Counted from the stretch's first letter, positions 1-8,975 are shown. The stretch is 64,000 nt of DNA from an uncultured bacterium (GCA_937922985.1 CALAKV010000038.1:3857-67856), one strand, 5' to 3'. Notes: generated by a model not told the origin, from the sequence alone. A program made the numbers and translations.

Positions 1-1239
1 ATCCGCAAGCTTTCCTGGCAGATTTAAGCCATCCAAAACACCCTTTCGAATCACGTTTTCACGTGCAGCACGTGCAGCTTTTCGTGCTCGAGCTGCAAGG
101 AGAGCTTTATTCACAATTTTTTTAGCTACAGCTGGATTCTCATCAAGATAGTAGCCAAAATACTCATTCATTACTTGCTGAACATACCGGCGAACTTCTG
201 GATTACCAAGCTTGTTTTTAGTTTGCCCTTCAAATTGCGGATCTGGTAATTTTACTAAGATAATCGCAGTTAGGCCCTCACGAATATCATCACCAGAAAG
301 GTTTTCTTCCTTCTCTTTTAAAAGATTATTCTTACGTGCATATTCGTTAATTGTTTGAGTTAAAGAACTTCGAAAACCAACAACATGAGTTCCACCATCT
401 GGGTTAATCACATTGTTTGCAAAAGCACGAACGTTCTCATTATAGCTATCGTTATATTGAATCGCCACTTCAACCATTGAATCTTCAACTTGTTTCTCAA
501 CATAAAATGGTTGCTCAGAAAGAACTTCTTTACCGATATTTAAACTTTTAACGTAGCTCTGAATCCCTCCTTCGAAATAGAAAGCTTGCCGCTCACCAGT
601 TCGTTCATCATCAACTTGAGTATAGATTCCTTTTGTTAGGTATGATTGATGACGGAGATAATTAACAACCCATTTATAATCAAAAGTTACAGTTTCTTTA
701 AAAATTGTTGGGTCTGGGTAAAAAGTTATGCTTGTTCCATCTTCGCGGTCAGTTTTGCCAAGCTTCTTAAGTTCAGTAGTTGGAACACCTCGCTCAAATT
801 CAATCCGATAAAGTTGGCCTTTTTTAACAACTTCAGCAATCATTTTTGTTGAAAGTGCGTTAACCACGCTCGAGCCCACACCATGCAAACCAGATGAAAC
901 TTTATATCCACCGCCGCCGAATTTTCCACCAGCGTGAAGAACAGTTAAAACAGTTTCAAGTGTGCTTTTTCCGGTTTTTGGATGAATATCAACAGGAATA
1001 CCCCGTCCATCATCTGTAATATTAATTCCACCATCATCTAAAATTCGCACAATAACTTTTGTGCCATAGCCAGCAATTGCTTCATCAATAGAGTTATCGG
1101 CAATTTCTTTAATAAGATGATGAACACCATCATAACCGGTTGAGCCGATATACATTCCGGGGCGCTTTCGAACAGGTTCAAGACCCTCAAGAACTTGGAT
1201 CTGAGAACCGTCGTAATTATTTTCTTTTTGTTTAGACAT
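1..1239 (-). CDS. gyrB: DNA gyrase subunit B, N-terminal 413 codons (3' end runs off the left window edge)
   Basis: Not in the ORF track because it is truncated. My reverse-complement translation from ATG 1239..1237 reads MSKQKENNYDGSQIQVLEGLEPVRKRPGMYIGS. In-frame LHAGGKFGGG lies near 910-940 and NLPGKLAD ends at position 1. This is the GHKL ATPase/Toprim signature of GyrB; ParE is not strictly excluded. Confidence 0.85.
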   Translation of the reverse strand, partial: MSKQKENNYDGSQIQVLEGLEPVRKRPGMYIGSTGYDGVHHLIKEIADNSIDEAIAGYGTKVIVRILDDGGINITDDGRGIPVDIHPKTGKSTLETVLTVLHAGGKFGGGGYKVSSGLHGVGSSVVNALSTKMIAEVVKKGQLYRIEFERGVPTTELKKLGKTDREDGTSITFYPDPTIFKETVTFDYKWVVNYLRHQSYLTKGIYTQVDDERTGERQAFYFEGGIQSYVKSLNIGKEVLSEQPFYVEKQVEDSMVEVAIQYNDSYNENVRAFANNVINPDGGTHVVGFRSSLTQTINEYARKNNLLKEKEENLSGDDIREGLTAIILVKLPDPQFEGQTKNKLGNPEVRRYVQQVMNEYFGYYLDENPAVAKKIVNKALLAARARKAARAARENVIRKGVLDGLNLPGKLAD

Positions 1240-1375
1240 TCTTACCTCTCATTCAGAACTTCCATAAATAAAATTTATATCTGTATTATACCTTATTTTA
1301 TAAAAAAATTCAAATAAAGCTTATTTTTTTATAAAAAATATGCTAAAATATAAGCATTAAGTTAAAAGGTGGGAT

Positions 1376-2110
1376 ATGTTTAAAGATATTATTTTAGGTT
1401 ATTACCGCAGCCCCTCTATGGGCAAAAAAATACAAGATTATAAAAGAAAACTAAAAAATGATTTAAAATGGTGGATTTTTAATATTTTTGCTATTGTTTT
1501 TGTATTTTTCACAATATTTTTAACTAATATCTTACCTTCGAAAACTATATCTAATAATATAGTTAAAAAAACATCATTAAACCCTAACCTAACCTATAAT
1601 GTAAAATCAACAGCAAAACACCCACTCCAGCCTAAAGATATCATTTCTTATACACTGACCGTAACTAATAATTCAAAAATAGTTCAGGATTCAAATTTCG
1701 AAGTCAATATATCAGACATACTAGAATATGCAAACCTCCTTGATGGAGGAGATTATAAAATCAAAGATGGCATAATATATTGGAATAATTCTAGTATCGA
1801 GCCCGGAGAATCAAAAAGCAAATTTTTTGCAATAAAAATTAAAGATAGAATCCCAACTTTTAAACAACAGGGAGAATCATTTGATTGCTTTATTAAATTA
1901 AATTTTGGTGAAGTTTCGAAAACCCCAATAAAATGTCCTTTTATAAAAAATATCGATTACTTCTTAAATTCAATCCCAGCTCTTGAGCAATATACAATTT
2001 TACTATTTTTAATTGTTCTATTTTCTATATCAATAATTATGATACTTCGTACAAATTTATTATACAAAGAAATACGATATTTTAGTCAATATTCAGGAGA
2101 AATAAAATAA
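1376..2110 (+). CDS. hypothetical membrane-anchored protein with DUF11/CARDB-like repeat signature
   Basis: 244-aa ORF. RBS aaaaggtggg precedes the ATG. It has an N-terminal TM segment, an LTVTNNSKIV...FEVNISD motif typical of conserved-repeat (DUF11-like) domains, and a C-terminal TM segment. Confidence 0.55.
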   Translation: MFKDIILGYYRSPSMGKKIQDYKRKLKNDLKWWIFNIFAIVFVFFTIFLTNILPSKTISNNIVKKTSLNPNLTYNVKSTAKHPLQPKDIISYTLTVTNNSKIVQDSNFEVNISDILEYANLLDGGDYKIKDGIIYWNNSSIEPGESKSKFFAIKIKDRIPTFKQQGESFDCFIKLNFGEVSKTPIKCPFIKNIDYFLNSIPALEQYTILLFLIVLFSISIIMILRTNLLYKEIRYFSQYSGEIK

Positions 2111-2409
2111 TGAAAAATAATCAAACTTACCAAAAAATATTAGATTTCATACATAAAGATTCAAATTTCAAAAATAATCTTTTTCGAAGTATTTTTCACT
2201 CTAGCGTTTTAGATTTTTTACTAAATTTTGTCGAAAAAATAATACAGCCAAAAGTACTTTTTATATCAATAATATTATCATTAATTATTTATTACTCCGT
2301 TCTTTATATTTCAATACTTAACGGATTCTCTGTAAAATCAGAGATTTTGATATACTTAATATCAGCGTTATTCATCTTTTTATCTCTTATAAGATTAGTC
2401 AAAGAATAA
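2110..2409 (+). CDS. hypothetical small membrane protein
   Basis: 99-aa ORF with an ATGA stop/start overlap to the upstream gene. The C-terminal half is hydrophobic (2 predicted TM segments). Confidence 0.5.
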   Translation: MKNNQTYQKILDFIHKDSNFKNNLFRSIFHSSVLDFLLNFVEKIIQPKVLFISIILSLIIYYSVLYISILNGFSVKSEILIYLISALFIFLSLIRLVKE

Positions 2410-2410
2410 A

Positions 2411-2440
2411 ATCAGGTAGCTTAACAACTACCTGATTTTA
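2411..2440. terminator. bidirectional intrinsic terminator between convergent genes
   Basis: 9-bp stem atcaggtag (2411-2419) / ctacctgat (2428-2436) with loop cttaacaa, flanked by an A-run and a T-run. The TAG stop of the 972-aa gene lies inside the stem. Confidence 0.7.
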
Positions 2441-5346
2441 AATATAACCTCGCCGTCATCAACTTTTTTATAGTTATTCTTAGCGGCATTAGAAGAGTTA
2501 TTGCTTAAGTTATTAGAGGTTCTCGTAGTTCTTATATCCTGAATTACAGAATCATTTTGGATTTGTTGTGGCTTAATATTTTGCTGAACTTGTGTGTTAT
2601 TTAAATTATTTGTGTTATAAGAATTTACACTTTGGTTCTGCATAATATTTTTCTGAAAAGTTATCGCTAAATTACTCTTTGAAGGATCCTCTGGTTGATT
2701 TTGATGAATATTAGAATTTGAATTGCTACTCCTTATTTCATCCCTCTTTTTTAGCCAATCATCCAAAAATGAATCTTTTTTAGAACTATCATTAGAGTTG
2801 TTTATATTAGCGTTATTAGAGCCACCCGAGAACGCCCTTTCCTGCCAACTAACTTGATTCTTTTGTTGTGTCTGAGTTTGGTGTGGCTGCGGCTGAGATG
2901 AATTAGTTCCAGAATTAACGCTCAAACGCCTTCGAATTTCATCTTCAACAATAGCTCGAGGACGACCATATTTTGAAGCTGAATATTTTCGAAGTCCTTC
3001 ACGAATCTCTGGATTAGATTTACCAAAAGGAGGCAAAAGTTTCATTGTGAATGGAGCTGATGGAAATCCATTAACTAAAACAGTCGTAATTGAATTATAA
3101 TTAGGCGTTTTAGTTAAATCTTCAGCGGTAAACGTTGGCGTAAAGGCCTTTTGAAGAACTTCCGCGTCATCAATACCAATCCTACCAACAATCTTGTTAG
3201 GAACGTTACCAAAAATAGCACCCTTAATTGAATCTTTCAACTGAGTTGTAAACTGGTTTGCTAAAATTAAATTCAAGCGATATTTTCGAGCTTCAGACAA
3301 AATAGATTCAAAAGAATCGGTTGCAAAGTTTTGAAACTCATCAACAAATAGACAAAAATCTTTTCGCTGGTCTTCAGGTATATCTGCACGGCCCATTGCC
3401 GCCGCTTGAAACTTCATCACAAAAACCATACCAAGGAGTTTTGCTGCCGCCTCTCCAAGTTTACCTTTCGAAAGATTTACGAGCAAAATCTTATTGTTAT
3501 CCATAACTTCGCGAATACTAAATGCACTCTTTTTTTGGCCAATAATATTATTAACCAAGCCACTTTCGAATGGCGCCCACTTAGAAACAACCCAAGAAAC
3601 AAGTTCTCCTGCATCATTAGATTTTTGCGAAGCTGGCCACTCTTTTGTCCAGAAGTCGATTGCACGCTGATTTCGAAGATACTTAATTTTTTGCTTTGCA
3701 AACTCTGGGTCAACAAGGACTTTTGGAATATCCATAAAAGTTCCTCCATCTGGGTCACTCATTAGTAGCAACGCAGCATTTCGAACAATATTCTCCATTC
3801 GAGGGCCAACAACACCAGTGTTTCCTGGGTCATAGAGAGATTTTAGCATTGAATTAGTCTCAGAAATAACAAAATCCATCTCTTCAGGACTTGAGGCCTC
3901 AAAAATATTAAAACCAAGTGGATTCTCAGTATCGCTCGGATCGAAATAAATCACATCGTCCATTCGGGATTGAGGAATCATCCCGAGCAATTCTTCAACG
4001 GAATCTCCGTGCGGATCAATAAAACAAAAACCTCGTCCATCCATTATATCTTGATAAGCCAAATTCTCAAGGAGCTTAGATTTACCCATACCAGTCTGAC
4101 CAATGATATATGTATGGCGGCGGCGATCATTAACTCCAAGGCGAATTTGCTTTTCAACACCGCGGAATTCATTCACTCCAATCAATAAACCTTCTTTCAT
4201 TGGCTCAGTCGGACCATCAACTTGTCGAATTCTTTGACGCTCAATTTTGCCCGTTGGAATTGAATTTTGATTTGGCAAGTGAAAAATTGTTGAAAGTTCA
4301 ACACTATTCAGGATATTCTGATTCGTACTTTGAGGGAAAAATCGAAAAATATAAGCAGTAACTAATTCGTCAATATTATTAGTCATATTAAATTTGAATC
4401 CATTATATCGCGGTGAATCAAATAAAGAAAATGCTGAAACAATAGATTGTAAAATTGCTTGACTTTTCGAAGCCGTTGAAGAAGAAGTTACCACCCGAGT
4501 TAAAACTTCATAACCTGGATATTTAGTTTTATCTTCAATCGCTTGGATTTCTTCATTTTCTAGAGCCGTAAGCTGTGGATATTCGGTGCTCGAAGTGTTT
4601 AAACCGTATGTAGGCGGCTTCCATAAAGCTTCCATAATATCAAGTATGGCTGTAGTATTATTATTTTTCTTACCTTTACCCTTTCGAATTGACTCAACCT
4701 TTTCATTAGATTTAAGAGTCCAGCTCTCAGGTGCGGGCCTGAACATAATTTGAATTGCCGCTCCGTCTCCACGTTCAACACCGCTCAAAGCATCTAATAA
4801 TGCCCGAGCAGCATCACGACGGCTTTCTTGATATGTCGCAATTGGATAAAAGTAGTCTTTTTTAAGTTCGAATTCACCACCAATCACACCCTGCACCTTT
4901 CCTTGTTGAGAAAAAATATTTTCCATTTCAACTTCTTCAAGACGAGCCGCTGGATATGCAGCAGAGATTGCTTGCTTGATCGTTTCGGTTAAAACCGCAG
5001 GAACGACCGCATAATACCGAACAAGACCATCGCTTGCAACAATTTCGAAAGAAATATGCCTTTGGCCATAAAGTTTAGTTTTAAAGCCTTTCGTTGCGGT
5101 GCTTGCGATAATGTTATACATTGTTTGAGCTTCAGAAAGAACTTCATCTACAACATCCCGCTCATCACGACCGCCAACCTCAAGGTCATCACTTGGCGGC
5201 GGAAGGTGAATTCGAATTGGCACCATTTTTAGGCCACGCTCATAATTTTTCGCCTCTTGAACCATTCTTTTATATTGATCAAAAGCAAAATAAGAAGCCA
5301 CGCAAATAATTACAAAGCTAATAAATAATATTATCCAAATTCCCAT
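2428..5346 (-). CDS. type IV secretion coupling-protein-like P-loop ATPase (VirD4/TraG/TraD family) with N/Q/S-rich C-terminal tail
   Basis: 972 aa with an N-terminal TM segment. Walker A is IGQTGMGKSKLL and Walker B-like is CLFVDEFQNF. Overall it resembles T4SS DNA-binding-domain ATPases. The last ~170 aa are low complexity (N, Q, S). Confidence 0.7.
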   Translation of the reverse strand: MGIWIILFISFVIICVASYFAFDQYKRMVQEAKNYERGLKMVPIRIHLPPPSDDLEVGGRDERDVVDEVLSEAQTMYNIIASTATKGFKTKLYGQRHISFEIVASDGLVRYYAVVPAVLTETIKQAISAAYPAARLEEVEMENIFSQQGKVQGVIGGEFELKKDYFYPIATYQESRRDAARALLDALSGVERGDGAAIQIMFRPAPESWTLKSNEKVESIRKGKGKKNNNTTAILDIMEALWKPPTYGLNTSSTEYPQLTALENEEIQAIEDKTKYPGYEVLTRVVTSSSTASKSQAILQSIVSAFSLFDSPRYNGFKFNMTNNIDELVTAYIFRFFPQSTNQNILNSVELSTIFHLPNQNSIPTGKIERQRIRQVDGPTEPMKEGLLIGVNEFRGVEKQIRLGVNDRRRHTYIIGQTGMGKSKLLENLAYQDIMDGRGFCFIDPHGDSVEELLGMIPQSRMDDVIYFDPSDTENPLGFNIFEASSPEEMDFVISETNSMLKSLYDPGNTGVVGPRMENIVRNAALLLMSDPDGGTFMDIPKVLVDPEFAKQKIKYLRNQRAIDFWTKEWPASQKSNDAGELVSWVVSKWAPFESGLVNNIIGQKKSAFSIREVMDNNKILLVNLSKGKLGEAAAKLLGMVFVMKFQAAAMGRADIPEDQRKDFCLFVDEFQNFATDSFESILSEARKYRLNLILANQFTTQLKDSIKGAIFGNVPNKIVGRIGIDDAEVLQKAFTPTFTAEDLTKTPNYNSITTVLVNGFPSAPFTMKLLPPFGKSNPEIREGLRKYSASKYGRPRAIVEDEIRRRLSVNSGTNSSQPQPHQTQTQQKNQVSWQERAFSGGSNNANINNSNDSSKKDSFLDDWLKKRDEIRSSNSNSNIHQNQPEDPSKSNLAITFQKNIMQNQSVNSYNTNNLNNTQVQQNIKPQQIQNDSVIQDIRTTRTSNNLSNNSSNAAKNNYKKVDDGEVIFKIR

Positions 5347-5756
5347 TACTTCCCACCATTTATAATTCTGTTATATCTTTTTTTCAAATAGTCTATCTGC
5401 ATTTCTTTAAATCGAACCTCGCGAGCATATGGATCGCCCTTAGTTTCAACTATCATTTTCTTCAGATCTTTCACCCATTCATCTTCCATGAGGTCGATAT
5501 CTCTTGCAGTAGCTGGAACTACAGCTACTGGGCTGTTTGCCGATGACTCCTGAACCGCTGGTAAAATAGCTTGTGAAATTGGCTGCTGAGAATCTTGATT
5601 CGAAAAAGCTTGCATAGCTTCGGCTCTAGCCTTATCACTATCAATTCTGTTTATATTTTGCTCAAAGCCAAAATTCCCCACTTCGTGAGGATTATTTATT
5701 GGTTGCGATTGAGCTTCAAAAACTCGTGGAATTTCAAGATTTTTTTGCGGTTCCAT
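5346..5756 (-). CDS. hypothetical protein
   Basis: 136-aa ORF overlapping the downstream ATPase gene start by 1 nt, which suggests an operon. I recognise no domain. Confidence 0.5.
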   Translation of the reverse strand: MEPQKNLEIPRVFEAQSQPINNPHEVGNFGFEQNINRIDSDKARAEAMQAFSNQDSQQPISQAILPAVQESSANSPVAVVPATARDIDLMEDEWVKDLKKMIVETKGDPYAREVRFKEMQIDYLKKRYNRIINGGK

Positions 5757-5779
5757 ATGTAACTATTATATCACAAACG

Positions 5780-6244
5780 TTAGCGTTTTGAAATGTAAAT
5801 TATTGCAATTGTTTCAATAATTATCAATAATAATATTTCGAATATTCCGACTCCGCCGGTGGATTGTTTTGCTATAATTCCAATTGGAGCAAAAGCGAGC
5901 GCAGCAGAATATTTCAAAAAGAAAGCTGGATTTTTTTCTTGCTTTTTTAGTGAAGGCTGGCCCTTTCTAAATAAAGAATATGCAAGCGAAAAAACCCGAT
6001 GTGAAGAATATAAAAATATCGCAATAATACCAAGAAAAACCAAATATATCATTGCAAATAATGCGAGGATCCCAACTGGACCAACTTTATTAGGGGAAGT
6101 TTGAGTGAGCATTAAAAAAATACCAACACCCGATAACCCAGACAGACTAAAAATAATTTTTGAAATCATAATATAATACCATTTTGTTAGATTCAGCCCA
6201 AAGAGTAAGCAAGTATAAATGGTAAGCAAGTAGAATGCCATCAT
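5780..6244 (-). CDS. hypothetical integral membrane protein (start uncertain)
   Basis: The ORF track extends to 6325 using a TTG start. The first ATG pair (VMMAFYLL) is at 6244. There are 4-5 hydrophobic segments. The extension overlaps a structured leader (hairpin GCTTCTC-cttgc-GAGAAGC). Confidence 0.55.
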   Translation of the reverse strand: MMAFYLLTIYTCLLFGLNLTKWYYIMISKIIFSLSGLSGVGIFLMLTQTSPNKVGPVGILALFAMIYLVFLGIIAIFLYSSHRVFSLAYSLFRKGQPSLKKQEKNPAFFLKYSAALAFAPIGIIAKQSTGGVGIFEILLLIIIETIAIIYISKR

Positions 6245-6624
6245 AACAAAATTAATTACTAAAATATGTGGTCTACGGCCTACCTTAATGCTCACTCTTT
6301 TGAGCCAGTTGACCGCTTCTCGCAAGGAGAAGCATAGTTTTTCATTGAGGGTTCCTTAAATATCTTCTTTTGAAGATACAAGTACTTTTAGTGCCTCAGC
6401 GCTCTACGCATCTATACTATTTGCGGAGCTTTTTGGCGTTTCGAAAATAAGTTAAAAATCCAATAACGATTTTATAAACCTTAATTTCAAATCGCCGTTC
6501 AAACTCCGTAAAAAGTCTAACGGACAACTCAAAATTATCAAATTTTAAAATTTCTAATGTACTTGGTGGAATGTGCAATAACTATTTTTTATTTTTGCTT
6601 TTTATTTCTTTCAAAGCTATCTCA

Positions 6625-6653
6625 ATTGTATCATAACAATTTCAAAAAGTCAA
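6625..6653 (-). promoter_or_regulatory. sigma70-type promoter, minus strand (TTGACT-17-TACAAT)
   Basis: Reverse complement of 6648-6653 is TTGACT and of 6625-6630 is TACAAT, with an exact 17-nt spacer. It points toward the 5780..6244 gene through a ~280-370-nt leader. Confidence 0.55.
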
Positions 6654-6754
6654 TACCATAAGCATAATAAAATGAGTTTTGTTGTACTTTTAACACGTTT
6701 AAATCTGTTAATTTTAATGAACAAAAAAATTATACAAAAAAGTCTAAAAAAGTA

Positions 6755-6783
6755 TTGACTTTATGCTTATTTTAGATTATTAT
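6755..6783 (+). promoter_or_regulatory. sigma70-type promoter (TTGACT-17-TATTAT)
   Basis: TTGACT at 6755-6760 and TATTAT at 6778-6783 with a 17-nt spacer. It lies directly upstream of a small ORF that has an RBS. Confidence 0.5.
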
Positions 6784-6794
6784 AGAGGTAGCTT

Positions 6795-6911
6795 ATGAAT
6801 AAAAAGTTTATACATGAGCCAAAAATAAAAATTATTTCAAGTGAATTCCGCAGTTCACATAAAACTCTAAAATTAAAAATCAAAAACTCCACATTACTAT
6901 TTATAAAATGA
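6795..6911 (+). CDS. candidate small basic protein, 38 aa (MNKKFIHEPKIKIISSEFRSSHKTLKLKIKNSTLLFIK)
   Basis: Below the ORF-track length cutoff; translated by hand. It has its own promoter, RBS gaggt 5 nt upstream of the ATG, and an intrinsic terminator overlapping its stop codon. Confidence 0.35.
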   Translation: MNKKFIHEPKIKIISSEFRSSHKTLKLKIKNSTLLFIK

Positions 6912-6940
6912 GCGTTCCTCGCAGTCGCTCATTTTTATTT
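6908..6940 (+). terminator. intrinsic terminator after the small ORF
   Basis: Stem atgagcg (6908-6914) / cgctcat (6926-6932) followed by ttttatttttc. Confidence 0.6.
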
Positions 6941-6950
6941 TTCAAAAAAT

Positions 6951-6975
6951 AAAAAAACATCTTGTATAAAAGATG
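6951..6975 (-). terminator. intrinsic terminator of tmRNA
   Basis: On the minus strand: catctt-ttatac-aagatg hairpin followed by TTTTTTT (plus-strand A-run 6951-6957), just 3' of the tmRNA CCA end. Confidence 0.6.
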
Positions 6976-6991
6976 CTCTTAAGAATATTTT

Positions 6992-7368
6992 TGGTGGAGC
7001 TGCCGAGAACTGCCCTCGGGTCCAAAAGGTAACATTTTAGCCTTCTACAAGTTTAGTTAATTTTGGTTAAAATTTAATACTTAAAAAATCAACAAAAATA
7101 TATTAAAAGTTGCGAAAAAATCTCACTTAAAATTTATCGCGAAAATTTTAAGCCATCAGTGAAAAAATATGACACTTTTCGAAATACGCACTGCCCCATT
7201 TCGAAAAATGGTTGCTAATAAAATTAAGCAGCAACTGGTGCTGAAGCTGGAGCAAAGAATGCTGCAACTTTAGCTGCAAAGTTTTTTGCATTTATTTAAT
7301 ACTTTACGCAGTAAACGACTTGCAAGCCAAACTGTTAAATTCCTCTTGTCTAAAGCTAATTCAGCCCC
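6992..7368 (-). ncRNA. ssrA: tmRNA (SsrA), one-piece, ~377 nt
   Basis: - 5' end is GGGGCTGAATTAGC.
- 3' end is CCGAG-GGCAGTT-CTCGG-CAGCTCC-A-CCA.
- The 7-bp acceptor stem GGGGCTG/CAGCTCC contains the G3:U alanine identity pair.
- The internal tag ORF GCA AAA AAC TTT GCA GCT AAA GTT GCA GCA TTC TTT GCT CCA GCT TCA GCA CCA GTT GCT GCT TAA (7289 down to 7224) encodes AKNFAAKVAAFFAPASAPVAA. Confidence 0.9.
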
Positions 7369-7393
7369 AACATATTTACATTATATCATAAAA

Positions 7394-7422
7394 TTGAGAT
7401 TTTTAAATGCTTATGATAAAAT
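7394..7422 (+). promoter_or_regulatory. promoter of comM (TTGAGA-17-TAAAAT); near-leaderless mRNA
   Basis: TTGAGA at 7394-7399 and TAAAAT at 7417-7422. The ATG at 7432 is only 9 nt after the -10 box and has no Shine-Dalgarno sequence. Confidence 0.5.
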
Positions 7423-7431
7423 TATTACATT

Positions 7432-8937
7432 ATGGTGAGTAAAGTTATATCAGCCGCACCAATTGGCTATGAAGCAGAGATTATTGAGGTGGAAGGAGAT
7501 TCTTCGAAAGGATTGCCGAGCTTACAAATTGTCGGAATGGGAAATAAAGCAATTGACGAAGCAAAAGAGCGAGTTCGAAGTGCAATTAAAAACTCAATGT
7601 TAGATTTCCCTGCTAAGAAAATTATCATCAATTTAGCACCTGCAGAAATCCCAAAAGACGGAACTTTTTTCGACCTACCTATTGCAATTTCAATTTTAAC
7701 GCTCTCAAACCAGCTAAAGCAGCACGAATTAAAATACCGCGCATTTGTTGGCGAGTTATCACTAAACGGAGATCTTAGACCAATTAAAGGTATTATCAAT
7801 ATTGTCGAAAAACTTCGAAGCCACGGAATTAAAGAAATTTTCTTACCTATTGAAAATTTAGAAACAAGCTCAATAATAGATGGCGTAAAATTAATTGGCG
7901 CAAGAAATCTTAAAGAGATTTTTCTTCATCTTAAAAATGAAAAAATAATAAAAAATGAAGAAAATATTAATACTTTTAAAGATAATAACAATGGCATTAT
8001 TCTCGATGATATTATCAGTCAAGAACAAGCAAAAAGAGCTCTAACTATTGCAATAGCTGGAAGGCACAATATACTACTAACTGGCCCTCCAGGAACAGGA
8101 AAAACAATGCTTGCCCAAGCCGCTTTAAATCTACTGCCACCGCTTTCGAAAAGTGAGTTATTAGAAGTTTTAAAAATTCACGGTTTAGTTGATGAAATTA
8201 GCTCAAATATTTCGAGGCCTTTTCGCACGCCACATCATACCGCAAGTAAAGTCTCCATAATTGGAGGTGGCTCGAAAGCTTTACCTGGCGAGATTAGCTT
8301 AGCGCACAATGGTGTTCTATTTTTAGATGAAATGCCAGAATTCCCTAAATCTATACTCGAAAGCTTACGACAACCGTTAGAAGACAGAAAAATAACCATA
8401 ACTCGTACAAATCGAAAAAGCTCTTATCCTGCAAATTTTATGCTTATTGCAACAATGAATCCCTGCCCCTGTGGTTTTTATGGAGACGCAACAAAGGAGT
8501 GTACTTGTTCATCCACCCAAATTCTTAATTACCAAAGAAAGCTTTCTGGACCGTTAATGGATAGAATTGATATGGTCGTTAATGTTGATAGAATACATAA
8601 CAAAAATCTTCTTTCAAATAATAACAACCAAAATTCCGAACATGCTAATGCTAAAAAACAGATAGAGATGTCGTTAGAATTACAGCATAAGCGTTATAAT
8701 TATAGTAATCTATACAACAGTATGGCTAAAACTAATGATGTAAAAAATAAATTTAATATTTCGAAAGAAGCTGAAGATCTATTAAATTTAGCAGCATCAA
8801 AGCTTGACCTATCCGCTCGAGCATTCCTAAAGATACTTAAAGTTTCACGCACAATTGCAGACCTTGACTCATCAAAAGATATTAAAGTAAATCACATTAG
8901 CGAGGCTTTACAATATCGTCATAAAAATGAAAATTAA
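7432..8937 (+). CDS. comM: YifB/ComM family Mg-chelatase-like AAA+ ATPase (competence protein ComM)
   Basis: 501 aa with a Lon-protease-like N-domain, Walker A GPPGTGKTM, Walker B VLFLDEMPEF, and a Cys cluster (NPCPCGFYGD...CTC) typical of ComM. Confidence 0.9.
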   Translation: MVSKVISAAPIGYEAEIIEVEGDSSKGLPSLQIVGMGNKAIDEAKERVRSAIKNSMLDFPAKKIIINLAPAEIPKDGTFFDLPIAISILTLSNQLKQHELKYRAFVGELSLNGDLRPIKGIINIVEKLRSHGIKEIFLPIENLETSSIIDGVKLIGARNLKEIFLHLKNEKIIKNEENINTFKDNNNGIILDDIISQEQAKRALTIAIAGRHNILLTGPPGTGKTMLAQAALNLLPPLSKSELLEVLKIHGLVDEISSNISRPFRTPHHTASKVSIIGGGSKALPGEISLAHNGVLFLDEMPEFPKSILESLRQPLEDRKITITRTNRKSSYPANFMLIATMNPCPCGFYGDATKECTCSSTQILNYQRKLSGPLMDRIDMVVNVDRIHNKNLLSNNNNQNSEHANAKKQIEMSLELQHKRYNYSNLYNSMAKTNDVKNKFNISKEAEDLLNLAASKLDLSARAFLKILKVSRTIADLDSSKDIKVNHISEALQYRHKNEN

Positions 8938-8946
8938 GCAAAATAC

Positions 8947-8975
8947 TTGATTTATTTTAAAAAATTTGATAAAAT
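8947..8975 (+). promoter_or_regulatory. promoter of the infC-rpmI-rplT operon (TTGATT-17-TAAAAT)
   Basis: TTGATT at 8947-8952 and TAAAAT at 8970-8975 with a 17-nt spacer. Confidence 0.5.

Noticed and set aside
1240-1375. Replication origin next to gyrB
   Set aside because: The spacer is AT-rich, but I found no TTATCCACA-like DnaA boxes, and dnaA/dnaN are not in the window.
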